This document shows, piece after piece, positions 54,634-63,240 of a stretch of 64,000 nucleotides of DNA. Source of the DNA: Capsulimonadaceae bacterium (GTDB lineage: Bacteria > Armatimonadota > Armatimonadia > Armatimonadales > Capsulimonadaceae); assembly GCA_965215505.1 (NCBI GenBank), contig OZ244065.1, positions 2,432,001 through 2,496,000 on the forward strand, given 5' to 3'. Each line of letters starts with the position of its first letter. Within the stretch, counting starts at the first letter, position 1. The notes under the pieces were generated by a model, which ran no database searches, was not told the origin of the DNA, and worked only from the letters and a program-made list of their open reading frames with translations. Both the position numbers and the translations under genes were made by a program.

Positions 54634-55594
54634 GAGTACGTTGAGAAAGTCTGCGTCATGCCTTTCTGGGCTTGGGTTTGAGCCTACGGACCATCAGGTG
54701 ACACATCGCCAGGCGGATCATCGCCTCGCTGCTCTCGGTCAGGAACTCGTAGTCGCGCACCAGGCGGCGGTACTTGCACAGCCACGCGAACGTGCGCTCC
54801 ACGATCCAGCGGTGCGGCTGAACCGCGAAGCCCTTGACGTCCTTTTGGTCTTCGGACTTCCTGACGATCTCCAGCGTCCAGCCGTAGGACGATCTCCAGC
54901 GTCCAGCCGTAGGACGATCTCCAGCGTCCAGCCGTAGGACGATCTCCAGCGTCCAGCCGTAGCAGGAGGCGACCCAGTCCACCAACTCGCCCCCGTAGGC
55001 GGCGTCCGCCCACACCACAGACAGGCGCGGGTAGGTGCCCTTGCAGTAGGAGAGCACTTCTTTGGCCCCGTCACGGTCCTGCACATCGCCCGCCTGGACG
55101 GAGACGGCCAGCAGGAAGCCCTGCGTGTCCACCATCAGGTGCCGCCTGCGGCCCTTGATCTTCTTGTTGGCATCATAGCCGAGGGTGCCAGGCGGCCCCC
55201 TTTTTCGCCCGCCTTGACCGTCTGGCTGTCCAGGACGGCGGCGGACGGGCTGGCCTCGCGGCCCTGCTGCTTGCGGGCCTGGTCGCGCAGGTTGTCGTGC
55301 AGGCACTCGATGGTGCCGTCGTCGCGCCATCTGCGGAACTGGTCATAGACCGTGGCCCAGGGCGGCAGATCGTGGGGCAGATCGCGCCAGGGGCAGCCCG
55401 TCCGCAGTTGGTAGAACAGGCCGTTGACGACTTCGCGCAGCGGGTGCTTGCGGCGTCGGCCCGTGCGCCCGTTGCGGGCTTTGGGCAGGCACTCTTGTAG
55501 CTTCTGCCACTGGTCGTCGGTCAGGTCGGTAGAATAGGCTCGGCGTTCCATAACTACAGTGTACTTGAACGACCAAGACTTTTTCAACATACTC
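54634..55594 (-). mobile_element. IS5-family (IS1031-like) insertion sequence, 961 bp
   Basis: Terminal IRs GAGTACGTTGAGAAAGTC / GACTTTTTCAACATACTC with a TTA duplication on both sides. orfA (ATG 55551; YSTDLTD.QW, LRTGCPWR.LP, AVLDSQTVK) joins orfB (GYDANKKIKGRRRH, WADAAY, RWIVERTFAW; stop 54656) through a -1 shift at A5G5 (55196-55205). Confidence 0.95.
54863..54962. repeat. 25-bp x4 perfect tandem repeat inside the IS5 transposase
   Basis: GACGATCTCCAGCGTCCAGCCGTAG four times. Confidence 0.95.
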
Positions 55595-56029
55595 TTAGTT
55601 GTGCCAAGCTGTCCCGAGGTCGGGAAAACCATAGACACCATGTAGTTTCATGTTCGCATCACCGATGGTCTTGTATTGTGCAGCACCATCAGGAGTGTCA
55701 GTGTTAATGTCCGGTTTGCCCTCAGCATTGTTGGCATAGGCGATTGCTTCGGTAATCGTTTTACCGTTTGACAGGCCCGTCCATATAGCATTAGACCAGG
55801 CGGCATTGTGGATACTGTCTCCGACCTCCGTGGTGAAACTTAGATATACCTGATCGGAGCCGGGCACGTTTGGAAAAAAAGCGTCCGCGAGAGTGTCATC
55901 AGCAGCGGTAGAACAACCATCCACAAAGACAAAGTTGTATGGGGGTTGACTGACGGACTTGCTCTGTATGGCGGTCGCCACATCAGTAGCATAAATGCGA
56001 TGTGTATCGGTAAGATCGAAATCCTGGTA

Positions 56030-57847
56030 GATAGTGTCAAGTTGTTGATACTGCTGGCGAATTGCCAAGGGCCGGCACCGGCAGGTAGAATGCCTTGAAG
56101 TCATTCCTTCGAGGCCCCGCCATGTCCCTGCAAGTGAAAGCTAGTGACCCTGTTCCAGAGCAGACCGCTCGCGTCACTCGTGCCGCGTTCCCCAAGGGCA
56201 ACCTGTACACACGGATGCGTGACGAGTTCGCTACGATCTTCACCGACGAACACTTTGCTGATCTGTTCCCCGCGTGCGGGCAGGCCGCCGCAGCACCGTG
56301 GCGGCTAGCACTCGTGACCGTCATGCAATTTGTCGCGGGCCTCTCCGACCGCCAGGCCGCCGACGCCGTGCGCTCCCGCATCGACTGGAAGTACACTCTG
56401 TCTCTTGATCTGGAGGACTGCGGCTTCGACTCAAGCGTCCTCTGTGAGTTCCGCTCACGGCTGCTGGCGGGTGCCGCAGAAGCGCGCCTGTTCGAGGTGA
56501 TGCTGGCCCGGTTCAAGGAACGTGATCTGCTGAAGGTCCGTGGCCGCCAGCGTACCGACTCCACCCACGTCCTCTCGTTCGTGCGCGGCCTGCACCGGAT
56601 GGAGACGCTGGTCGAGGCCTTGCGCTACGCCCTCAATAGTGTGGCCGAGGCAGACCCCGAGTGGCTGCAATCTTTGGCGCCGCCGGACTGGTTCGACCGC
56701 TACGGCAGGCGCGCGGACAACTACCGGATGCCCCGCTCCCAGACGGAGCGCGATAAGTTCGCCCTGGCCGTCGGTGCCGATGGGTTCGCTCTGCTCCAGG
56801 CGGTCTGGTCCGCCGCAGCGCCTCCCTCTCTGCGCGAGCTGCCTGCGATGGAGGCCCTGCGACGGGTGTGGCTCCAGCAGTTTCACCGACAGGTGGATCA
56901 GAATCAGACGAATCAGAAGCAGGCGGCTCAGATGTCTTTGCGAGCCGAGGCCGACCTGCCGCCGGGCGCGTTGCTGATCGTCTCGCCCTACGACCTGGAG
57001 GCGCGCTTCTCCGTCAAGCGCCAGACCCGGTGGACCGGCTACAAGGTGCACCTGACCGAGACCTGCGACGCCGACACGCCGCACCTGATCACACAGGTGC
57101 TCACCACGCCCAGCACCACCGCCGACTGTGAGGCGACGCCCTGCGTCCAGAACGCACTCGCTGAGGCGGACCGCCTGCCTGCCGAGCACCTGGTGGACGA
57201 GGGCTACACGCAGGCTTCGCACCTAGTGACCAGCCGAACCCGGTACGGCGTCGAGATCGTCGGGCCGGTCGCCCGCGACGGCAGCCGCCAGGCCGAGGAG
57301 GGCAAGGGCTTCGACGTGTCCCGCTTCGGGCTGGACTGGGAGCAGCAGCGTGCCTCCTGCCCCGGCGGCAAGACCAGCCGCCCGTGGCAGCCGACGCGCA
57401 ACGCGCGGGGCAGCACCTTCCTGCTGGCCGTGTTCGAGGCGGCGGACTGCCGCGCCTGCTCGCATCGCCCCGACTGCACGCGCGCCAAGGCGAAAGGGCG
57501 CACGCTGTACCTGCACCTGCAGCCCGAGCACGAGGCGCTGCACGCGGCCCGGCGGCACCAGCAGACGCCGCAGTTCCGGGAGCGCTACGCCGCCCGCGCC
57601 GGGATCGAGGGCACGATCTCGCAGGGCGTGCGGGCCTTCGGCCTGCGGCAGTGCCGCTACGTGGGTCACGCGAAGACTCACCTGCAGAACCTAGCGACCG
57701 CCGCCGCGCTCAACTTCTGCCGGGTCTATGACTGGCTGACGGAGGCGCCGCTGGCCCGGACGCGCCAGTCGCAGTTCGGGCGCCTCAAGCCGGTCGCGCT
57801 CGCAGCGACGTAGAGTTCGCCAGCAGTATCAAACATTTTACACTAAC
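56030..57847 (+). mobile_element. IS1182-family insertion sequence
   Basis: Imperfect ~32-bp IRs with core TTGATACTGCTGGCGAA; 8-bp target duplication TCCTGGTA at 56022-56029 and 57848-57855. Confidence 0.9.
56122..57813 (+). CDS. IS1182-family DDE transposase
   Basis: LSDRQAADAVR.RIDWKY, QRTDSTHV, WTGYKVHLTETCD, HLVDEGY and RAGIEGTISQ motifs. Confidence 0.95.
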   Translation: MSLQVKASDPVPEQTARVTRAAFPKGNLYTRMRDEFATIFTDEHFADLFPACGQAAAAPWRLALVTVMQFVAGLSDRQAADAVRSRIDWKYTLSLDLEDCGFDSSVLCEFRSRLLAGAAEARLFEVMLARFKERDLLKVRGRQRTDSTHVLSFVRGLHRMETLVEALRYALNSVAEADPEWLQSLAPPDWFDRYGRRADNYRMPRSQTERDKFALAVGADGFALLQAVWSAAAPPSLRELPAMEALRRVWLQQFHRQVDQNQTNQKQAAQMSLRAEADLPPGALLIVSPYDLEARFSVKRQTRWTGYKVHLTETCDADTPHLITQVLTTPSTTADCEATPCVQNALAEADRLPAEHLVDEGYTQASHLVTSRTRYGVEIVGPVARDGSRQAEEGKGFDVSRFGLDWEQQRASCPGGKTSRPWQPTRNARGSTFLLAVFEAADCRACSHRPDCTRAKAKGRTLYLHLQPEHEALHAARRHQQTPQFRERYAARAGIEGTISQGVRAFGLRQCRYVGHAKTHLQNLATAAALNFCRVYDWLTEAPLARTRQSQFGRLKPVALAAT

Positions 57848-59377
57848 TCCTGGTACTGGTAAGTGCAGTCAAAGAATCGGCCCGGCTTAGTGCTGCCATC
57901 CGCACCGAATCCTGTTGAGCCGCCATGTGTACAGATATACAGGGCGGTATAAGTTGGTGTCTGATTGAGAATAGTTGGCTTCGTGTCATTGATTGATCCG
58001 CTGCCGTTGTTGACAGTATGATGTATGTTGGAAGCAGTTGAAGCTATCAAAGGGAGGTCTGATGTCAAGTAGCGGTTAGACAAGACATAAGCCTTGTTGT
58101 AAGCATTGCCGGAGACCGTGACGGTGTAAGTGAAGCCGCCGCTGTCGGTGACGGTCATCTGAATAGAGACAGGTGCGGTATCGGCGAAATGGGTGCTGTC
58201 GAAAACTACAGACAGAGGAGTACTGGACTGATTCGTACCCTGGGTGGTGCCGACCGGGAAGGGTCCATACATGCTGGTGTCGTAGTAATATTTGACCGCA
58301 GTGCCGCCGAGGGAGAGCGTCGCCTGCTTGATATAGCCGCTGGCGGCCACGGCGGTTCCCGTCGCCGAGCAGTCCGTGCCGCTGAAGAAGCGCGGGTGCA
58401 TGGGGTCCCAGCCTGCGGTATCTACGGTGCTGTAGCCCGAAAGACTGACGGAGAATATCCCGACGGTATAGCGGCCAATGCCCACATCGGCCTCCATGCC
58501 GCCGCCGCCGCTGGTCGGCGGGAAGTTCGCGGTGCAGTCCGACGCGGCGGACAGGGTGCGCGTGATCGTCCAGGAGTTGCCGGTGACCGGAACGGAAGTC
58601 ACCAGGGCGCCCGTCGAGGTGCCGGAGAGGGGGTCGGTGGGGTTCGCCGGATCGCCCAAGCCGTCGGCGGCGGACGGGTTGTTCTGGCTCGATGTGGAGC
58701 CGGATTGGGCGTACCCGTGGTACAGGGCGCTGCTGGTTTCCAGGAGATACACGGTGGAAGGGCAAGGGCCGGGACCCTGCCAGGTGCCGGTGACGGTGAA
58801 GGTCAGGCTGATGGAGGCGCTCGCGCTGCACGACGCGCCCGGCCCGGTGCCATTACCGATGCCGACGCCCTGGCCGCCGTAGGTCAGAGATTGGGAGGAA
58901 CCCGACAAGAGGGGGAAGGTCGTTTTGGGCGGGTAGACGGTCTGCTGGCCGTTGGTGGCGGACCCCGTTTCCGCCGCGTCCGAGGTCATGGTCAGGCTCC
59001 AGGTGCCTGACGCTTGAGCAATGGCGGCAGGGGAGTTGAGGGAAGACAGGCTCAGGAGGCTAAAGAGCCAGACGATGGCCCAGGAGCGGGAACGGCCCAG
59101 GAGCGGGAACGGGAGCATGACGATCCTCCAATCAAGAACTGCGACGACAGAGCGTAAGAACAGCAAAGCGAAGCGATGACCGAAGGACGCTTTGTTCAGC
59201 GTCTTGAAGAGATCATGGCACGGATATTTCGCCGTGTCAACAGTGATTTTTGCAATGCGAGACAGGGCAGGAAGGCAGGTAACGGGCAGGCCGCAGCCGG
59301 ACAAGACGCGAAGGGACGCCTCGGGCGTGTCATACTGAGGCTGTGGAACCCGGCCCAGGGTCATTCAGTTCTTTCCC

Positions 59378-59494
59378 GGCGACTGAAGTCGCGGCAACAA
59401 AAGCACAAAGTCTGCCTCCGCAGACTCAGAACGGATCGGACTCTGAACCTGCGGAGGCAGGTTTCGTGCCTTTGTTGCTGCGGTTTCAGTCGCC
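59378..59494. repeat. Four-hairpin palindromic element, copy C
   Basis: GGCGACTGAAGTCGCGGCAAC...GTTGCTGCGGTTTCAGTCGCC, with inner AGTCTGCCTCCGCAGACT and AACCTGCGGAGGCAGGTT. Confidence 0.75.
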
Positions 59495-59539
59495 CAGCAG
59501 GAGAACAGCGGAAGAGAACAACCGATCAGGAGACACCCC

Positions 59540-60058
59540 ATGACCTATTACACCTATTACGACAGCCCCCTCCAGCCCCTCCTGCTGACCTCGGACGGCG
59601 CGGCCCTGACGGGCCTGTTCATGGCGGCACACAAGCACGGCCCCGAGATCGGGGCGGACTGGACGGAGGACGACGAAGCCGCGCCGTTCGCCGAGGCGAG
59701 GCGGCAGCTCGCGGCCTACTTCGCGGGTGAATTGACCGACTTCGACCTGCCGCTCGCGCCCCTTGGAACGACCTTTCAGCGGCGCGTGTGGGACGAGCTG
59801 CGGCGCATCCCCCACGGCGAAACCGTCTCCTACGGGGAGCTGGCCCGGCGCATCGGGTCGCCGAAGGCCTGCCGGGCGGTGGGCCTGGCGAACGGGCGCA
59901 ACCCGCTCTCCATCATCGTCCCATGCCACCGCGTCGTCGGCGCGAGCGGGAAGCTCATCGGCTACGCGGGCGGCACGGCCCGCAAGGAGGCGTTGCTGGC
60001 GCTGGAAGGGGCGAGGCATTCATCCCTCTCATGGATTTTACACGAAAACACACGATGA
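59540..60058 (+). CDS. ogt: Methylated-DNA--protein-cysteine methyltransferase
   Basis: GTTFQRRVW, RAVG.ANGRNP and IVPCHRV motifs. Confidence 0.95.
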   Translation: MTYYTYYDSPLQPLLLTSDGAALTGLFMAAHKHGPEIGADWTEDDEAAPFAEARRQLAAYFAGELTDFDLPLAPLGTTFQRRVWDELRRIPHGETVSYGELARRIGSPKACRAVGLANGRNPLSIIVPCHRVVGASGKLIGYAGGTARKEALLALEGARHSSLSWILHENTR

Positions 60059-60087
60059 GAAGTAGTAGTTGCTGTTGAAAATAACGC

Positions 60088-60116
60088 TTGACACGGATGA
60101 ACATGCGTGTTATACT
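60088..60116 (+). promoter_or_regulatory. Sigma70 promoter for the prepilin-like operon
   Basis: TTGACA-17-TATACT in an AT-rich stretch. Confidence 0.75.
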
Positions 60117-60291
60117 CCCGAGATGCTAAATAACAAATAGAGAGAAAATACCAACTCGTACTGTAACCCGCCGGTTTCAATCGCTGCTATCGCCTTCTCA
60201 TCATACGGCTGTTTTGAGGGACACATGGCCCACATCACGGGCAGGCTCGAACTCTTTGACAGTGTTACGATCTCTAGGAAAGGAGAAAAAC

Positions 60292-60519
60292 ATGGAAACC
60301 AAATCTCTCCCCATGCCGGTCGTCATCGGCGTCATCGCGGTCGTCGTCCTGCTCGCCGGATTTTTCGGCTGGCGGGCCATCAGCGGTGGCCGTACTGACA
60401 AGAACGGCGTGGATCTGTCCCAGGCCGCCATCAGGCCGGCCGGCGCGATGCCGCCCGGTGCCCCGGCCGGCGCTACCTCCCCGCCTAGCGGCACCAAAGC
60501 TGCCGATGCGGGCAAGTGA
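60292..60519 (+). CDS. Small single-TM protein
   Basis: AAGGAG RBS; METKSLPMPVVIGVIAVVVLLAGFFGW, then a Pro/Gly-rich tail. Confidence 0.7.
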   Translation: METKSLPMPVVIGVIAVVVLLAGFFGWRAISGGRTDKNGVDLSQAAIRPAGAMPPGAPAGATSPPSGTKAADAGK

Positions 60520-60599
60520 TTCCTGCCGTTCGTCCGGCCAACCGATCTCTTGTCTGACTGTCATGGTCTTCTGATACTGTTCTTCCAAGGAGGAAGCCA

Positions 60600-61466
60600 A
60601 TGCACGCCTACACCCGAAAACTCCCCGCCCGACGGGGCTTCACGCTGATCGAGCTTCTCGTGGTCATCGCGATAATCGCGATTCTCGCATCCATTCTCTT
60701 CCCCGTGTTCCAGAAGGTCCGGGAGAACGCCCGGCGCGCTTCCGACGCATCCAACCTCAAGCAGCTCGGCCTCGCCGAGATCCAGTACTCTCAGGATGCC
60801 GATGAGAAGTACAGCGGGCCTTTCAAAGACCTCGCAAACACCACCGGCAGCGACCGAATGCACTGGGGCGAGATCATCTACCCGTTCACACGGTCTTATG
60901 GAGTTTACCTGGACCCGAACCAGAGTACTCACATGGCGAACGACGGGATGCAGGGTGGAAAATACGCGGACGGCACCCTGATTAACAAGGACATCTGCCC
61001 TGGGGGGAATAATCAGCCGTGCGGCGTGGACTACTCGATGAATTGCATCATCACGCCCGACGAAGGGGCCACTTATGGCCGGCCTGCGGACGGGACCGGG
61101 ATCGGCACGGGCGCGCCCGATGGGCCTGGCAGCGCATATGACGCGGAACCTGTGACTCTGTCCAAGCTGACGGCGCCGTCGGAAACCATCTACATCACCG
61201 ACGGGCGGCTCCAGGACAACCTCTGGGACGGGAATTCGACCGATGTCACTCCCGGAACCTACTATGGGGACAACTGGACGGCCGGCGATAGCTGCGGCTG
61301 GGGCTGTTCCCCTCCCGACCACAACAACTTCGACAAGCGCCATGCGGACGGGGCCAACGTCCTCTGGTACGACGGCCACGTCAAGTGGCTGCGGAACAGC
61401 ATGAAGACGACCGGCAAATATCCGGGCGGCTCGCCCTACTACTGGTACATCACCAAGCCCGAGTAG
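60600..61466 (+). CDS. Prepilin-type N-terminal cleavage/methylation protein (DUF1559-like) with H-X9-DG motif
   Basis: RRG^[29 protein letters not shown]...[25 protein letters not shown]. Confidence 0.95.
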   Translation: MHAYTRKLPARRGFTLIELLVVIAIIAILASILFPVFQKVRENARRASDASNLKQLGLAEIQYSQDADEKYSGPFKDLANTTGSDRMHWGEIIYPFTRSYGVYLDPNQSTHMANDGMQGGKYADGTLINKDICPGGNNQPCGVDYSMNCIITPDEGATYGRPADGTGIGTGAPDGPGSAYDAEPVTLSKLTAPSETIYITDGRLQDNLWDGNSTDVTPGTYYGDNWTAGDSCGWGCSPPDHNNFDKRHADGANVLWYDGHVKWLRNSMKTTGKYPGGSPYYWYITKPE

Positions 61467-61530
61467 GGGCGCCCTCACCCCGGTGCGGACACCCCCGCGC
61501 CGGGGCGGACTTTCAGGAAGACCGCCCCGC

Positions 61531-63228
61531 ATGAAACCTTCCACATTCAGCCCCCCGCCGGCCCGGCGTGGGGCTTTGCCCGTTCCTGCCGGGGCGCCGC
61601 GCCGCAGGGGGCGCGCGCGTCTCGCAGGCTCCGTCGGCCTCGTGCTGCTGGTGATCGCCGGGGGCCTGCGGCTGTCCGACGCCTGGCATCAGACGGAGCG
61701 GCGCGAGGCGTTCCTGCCCCAGATCGAGGCGCTGGCCCGGCGCGACCCCCACGACGGCCCTCTGCTCGCCTTGCTGGGCGGGCGGCGTGCCGAGGCGCAC
61801 GACCCGACGGCGGCGGACGCCCTGCGGCACGCGGTCGTCTCCGGGGAAGGCACGGAACCCGTCTGGCAGGCGCTGGCCGCCGCCACCGCCGCCGTCGGGG
61901 ACCGGCCCCGCGCCCTGGCCGACCTGAAGCTGGGCCGGAAGGCGCTGGGGACCGCCCCCGCGCTGGACGATGCCCTGGCGCGGGCGGAAGCGCTGGGGCC
62001 GGCCCCGGACCCGATCAGGCTGGCCCAGGCCATCGCCCCGGACGGCCCCGCCCCCTTGATCGTCGCCTACACGCGCGGCAGCGCCCTGAACGGGTTGGTC
62101 AGTCGGTGGGGACGATCCTTCCCCGAGCGGAGCGGCTTCGCGACCCGTCAGGAGTGGGCGCGTCAGGCACCCGAGGACGCCCAAGCCCAGCGGCTCTGGG
62201 GGCTGGCGCTGGTGCAGAACCGGAGACCGGCCGAGGCCGCCCTCGTCCTCGCGCGCGCCGTCGCCCTGGCCCCAAGCTCGCCCGCCGCCCACCTGGCGCT
62301 GGCGGACGCACTGGATCAGGGGGGGATGCGCGAGAAGGCCGGGCTGGAATACATCGCCTGCCTGAAGCTGCGCCGCGACTGGCTGCCGGCCCTGCTCGGG
62401 CTGGGGCGCAACGGCCTGGACGACCACATGGAACATGCGGTGCCGGCCTACCTGCGGGCCACGCAGATCGCCCCCGAGTCGGCGGAGGCCTGGATCGGAC
62501 TGGGCCGCGCCTACTTCCGGGACAGCTCCACCTACATCAAGGCGCTGGCGGCGTTCCAGACGGCCGCGCGCCTGGCCCCGGACCGCACGGACTTTTTCGC
62601 CGACTATGCGACCGCGCTGCGCGAGAATTCGCGCGGCCCGGAGGCCGAGGCCCTGCTGCGGCGACGCCTGCGCGCGGCTCCGGACGACGCCCGATGCCAT
62701 TACATGCTGGGGACGATCCTGATGAATGATGCTTCCTCGCCGGCCGGCCAGGCGTCTGCCGAGGCGGAGACGCGCGAGGCCCTGCGCCTCTCCCCCCACC
62801 AGCCGCTGGCCGAGGCGCAGCTAGGAAAGATGCTGCTGCTGCGCGGCGGGGCGCGGGAGGCGGTCCCCCTGCTCGAAGACTCGGCCGCCTCCGACCGCTA
62901 TGACGTCAGCCTGCTGAACGTCCTGGCGCGCGCCTACCGCCTGACCGGGGAGGGGACGAAGGCCAGGGCACTCACGGCACAGTCGGAGGCTCTGTTCCAG
63001 GACCAGCAGCGGACACGGATCTTGCAGATCCAGGAGCATCACGACATGATGAACCAGGGCATCCACCGGCAGTTGGCGCGGCTGTATGGCGAGATCGGAC
63101 AGCCGGAGCGGGCGAAGCAGGAAGAGGAAATGATGCGCCTGGTGCAGGCGGACCCGGACAAGGTCACGCGGGACCGGCGGTTCCTGCGGGCATCCATCCG
63201 GCAGATCCTGCCGGACGCAGGGCGTTAG
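61531..63228 (+). CDS. Membrane-anchored TPR repeat protein
   Basis: N-terminal TM segment and repeated A...AP....AH/W..LG motifs. Start is 61531 or 61483. Confidence 0.8.
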   Translation: MKPSTFSPPPARRGALPVPAGAPRRRGRARLAGSVGLVLLVIAGGLRLSDAWHQTERREAFLPQIEALARRDPHDGPLLALLGGRRAEAHDPTAADALRHAVVSGEGTEPVWQALAAATAAVGDRPRALADLKLGRKALGTAPALDDALARAEALGPAPDPIRLAQAIAPDGPAPLIVAYTRGSALNGLVSRWGRSFPERSGFATRQEWARQAPEDAQAQRLWGLALVQNRRPAEAALVLARAVALAPSSPAAHLALADALDQGGMREKAGLEYIACLKLRRDWLPALLGLGRNGLDDHMEHAVPAYLRATQIAPESAEAWIGLGRAYFRDSSTYIKALAAFQTAARLAPDRTDFFADYATALRENSRGPEAEALLRRRLRAAPDDARCHYMLGTILMNDASSPAGQASAEAETREALRLSPHQPLAEAQLGKMLLLRGGAREAVPLLEDSAASDRYDVSLLNVLARAYRLTGEGTKARALTAQSEALFQDQQRTRILQIQEHHDMMNQGIHRQLARLYGEIGQPERAKQEEEMMRLVQADPDKVTRDRRFLRASIRQILPDAGR

Positions 63229-63240
63229 GGAATTCCGCCG

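Larger units (their letters stand above)
55595..59118 (-). pseudogene. IS-interrupted gene for a 565-aa secreted protein with putative His/Cys (caspase/clan CD-like) C-terminal domain
   Basis: Removing 56030-57847 and one TCCTGGTA copy joins 59118-57848 to 56021-55595 in frame (..DCTYQYQ|DFDLTD..). GGAGGA RBS, signal peptide, LYICTHG and FVFVDGCS motifs. Confidence 0.8.

Noticed and set aside
54863-54962. Possible CRISPR array or iterons
   Set aside because: No spacers; the unit is a duplicated piece of transposase coding sequence (YGWTLEIV).
55595-56104. Independent 169-aa gene in the ORF track
   Set aside because: Its start lies inside IS1182; it is the 3' fragment of the interrupted gene.
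57838-59364. Complete 508-aa gene
   Set aside because: The stop codon is supplied by the IS1182 inverted repeat, and the RBS-supported start is 59118.
60163-60180. LacI-type operator (TGTAACCCGCCGGTTTCA)
   Set aside because: Imperfect symmetry and spacing and no cognate regulator nearby, so it cannot be supported.
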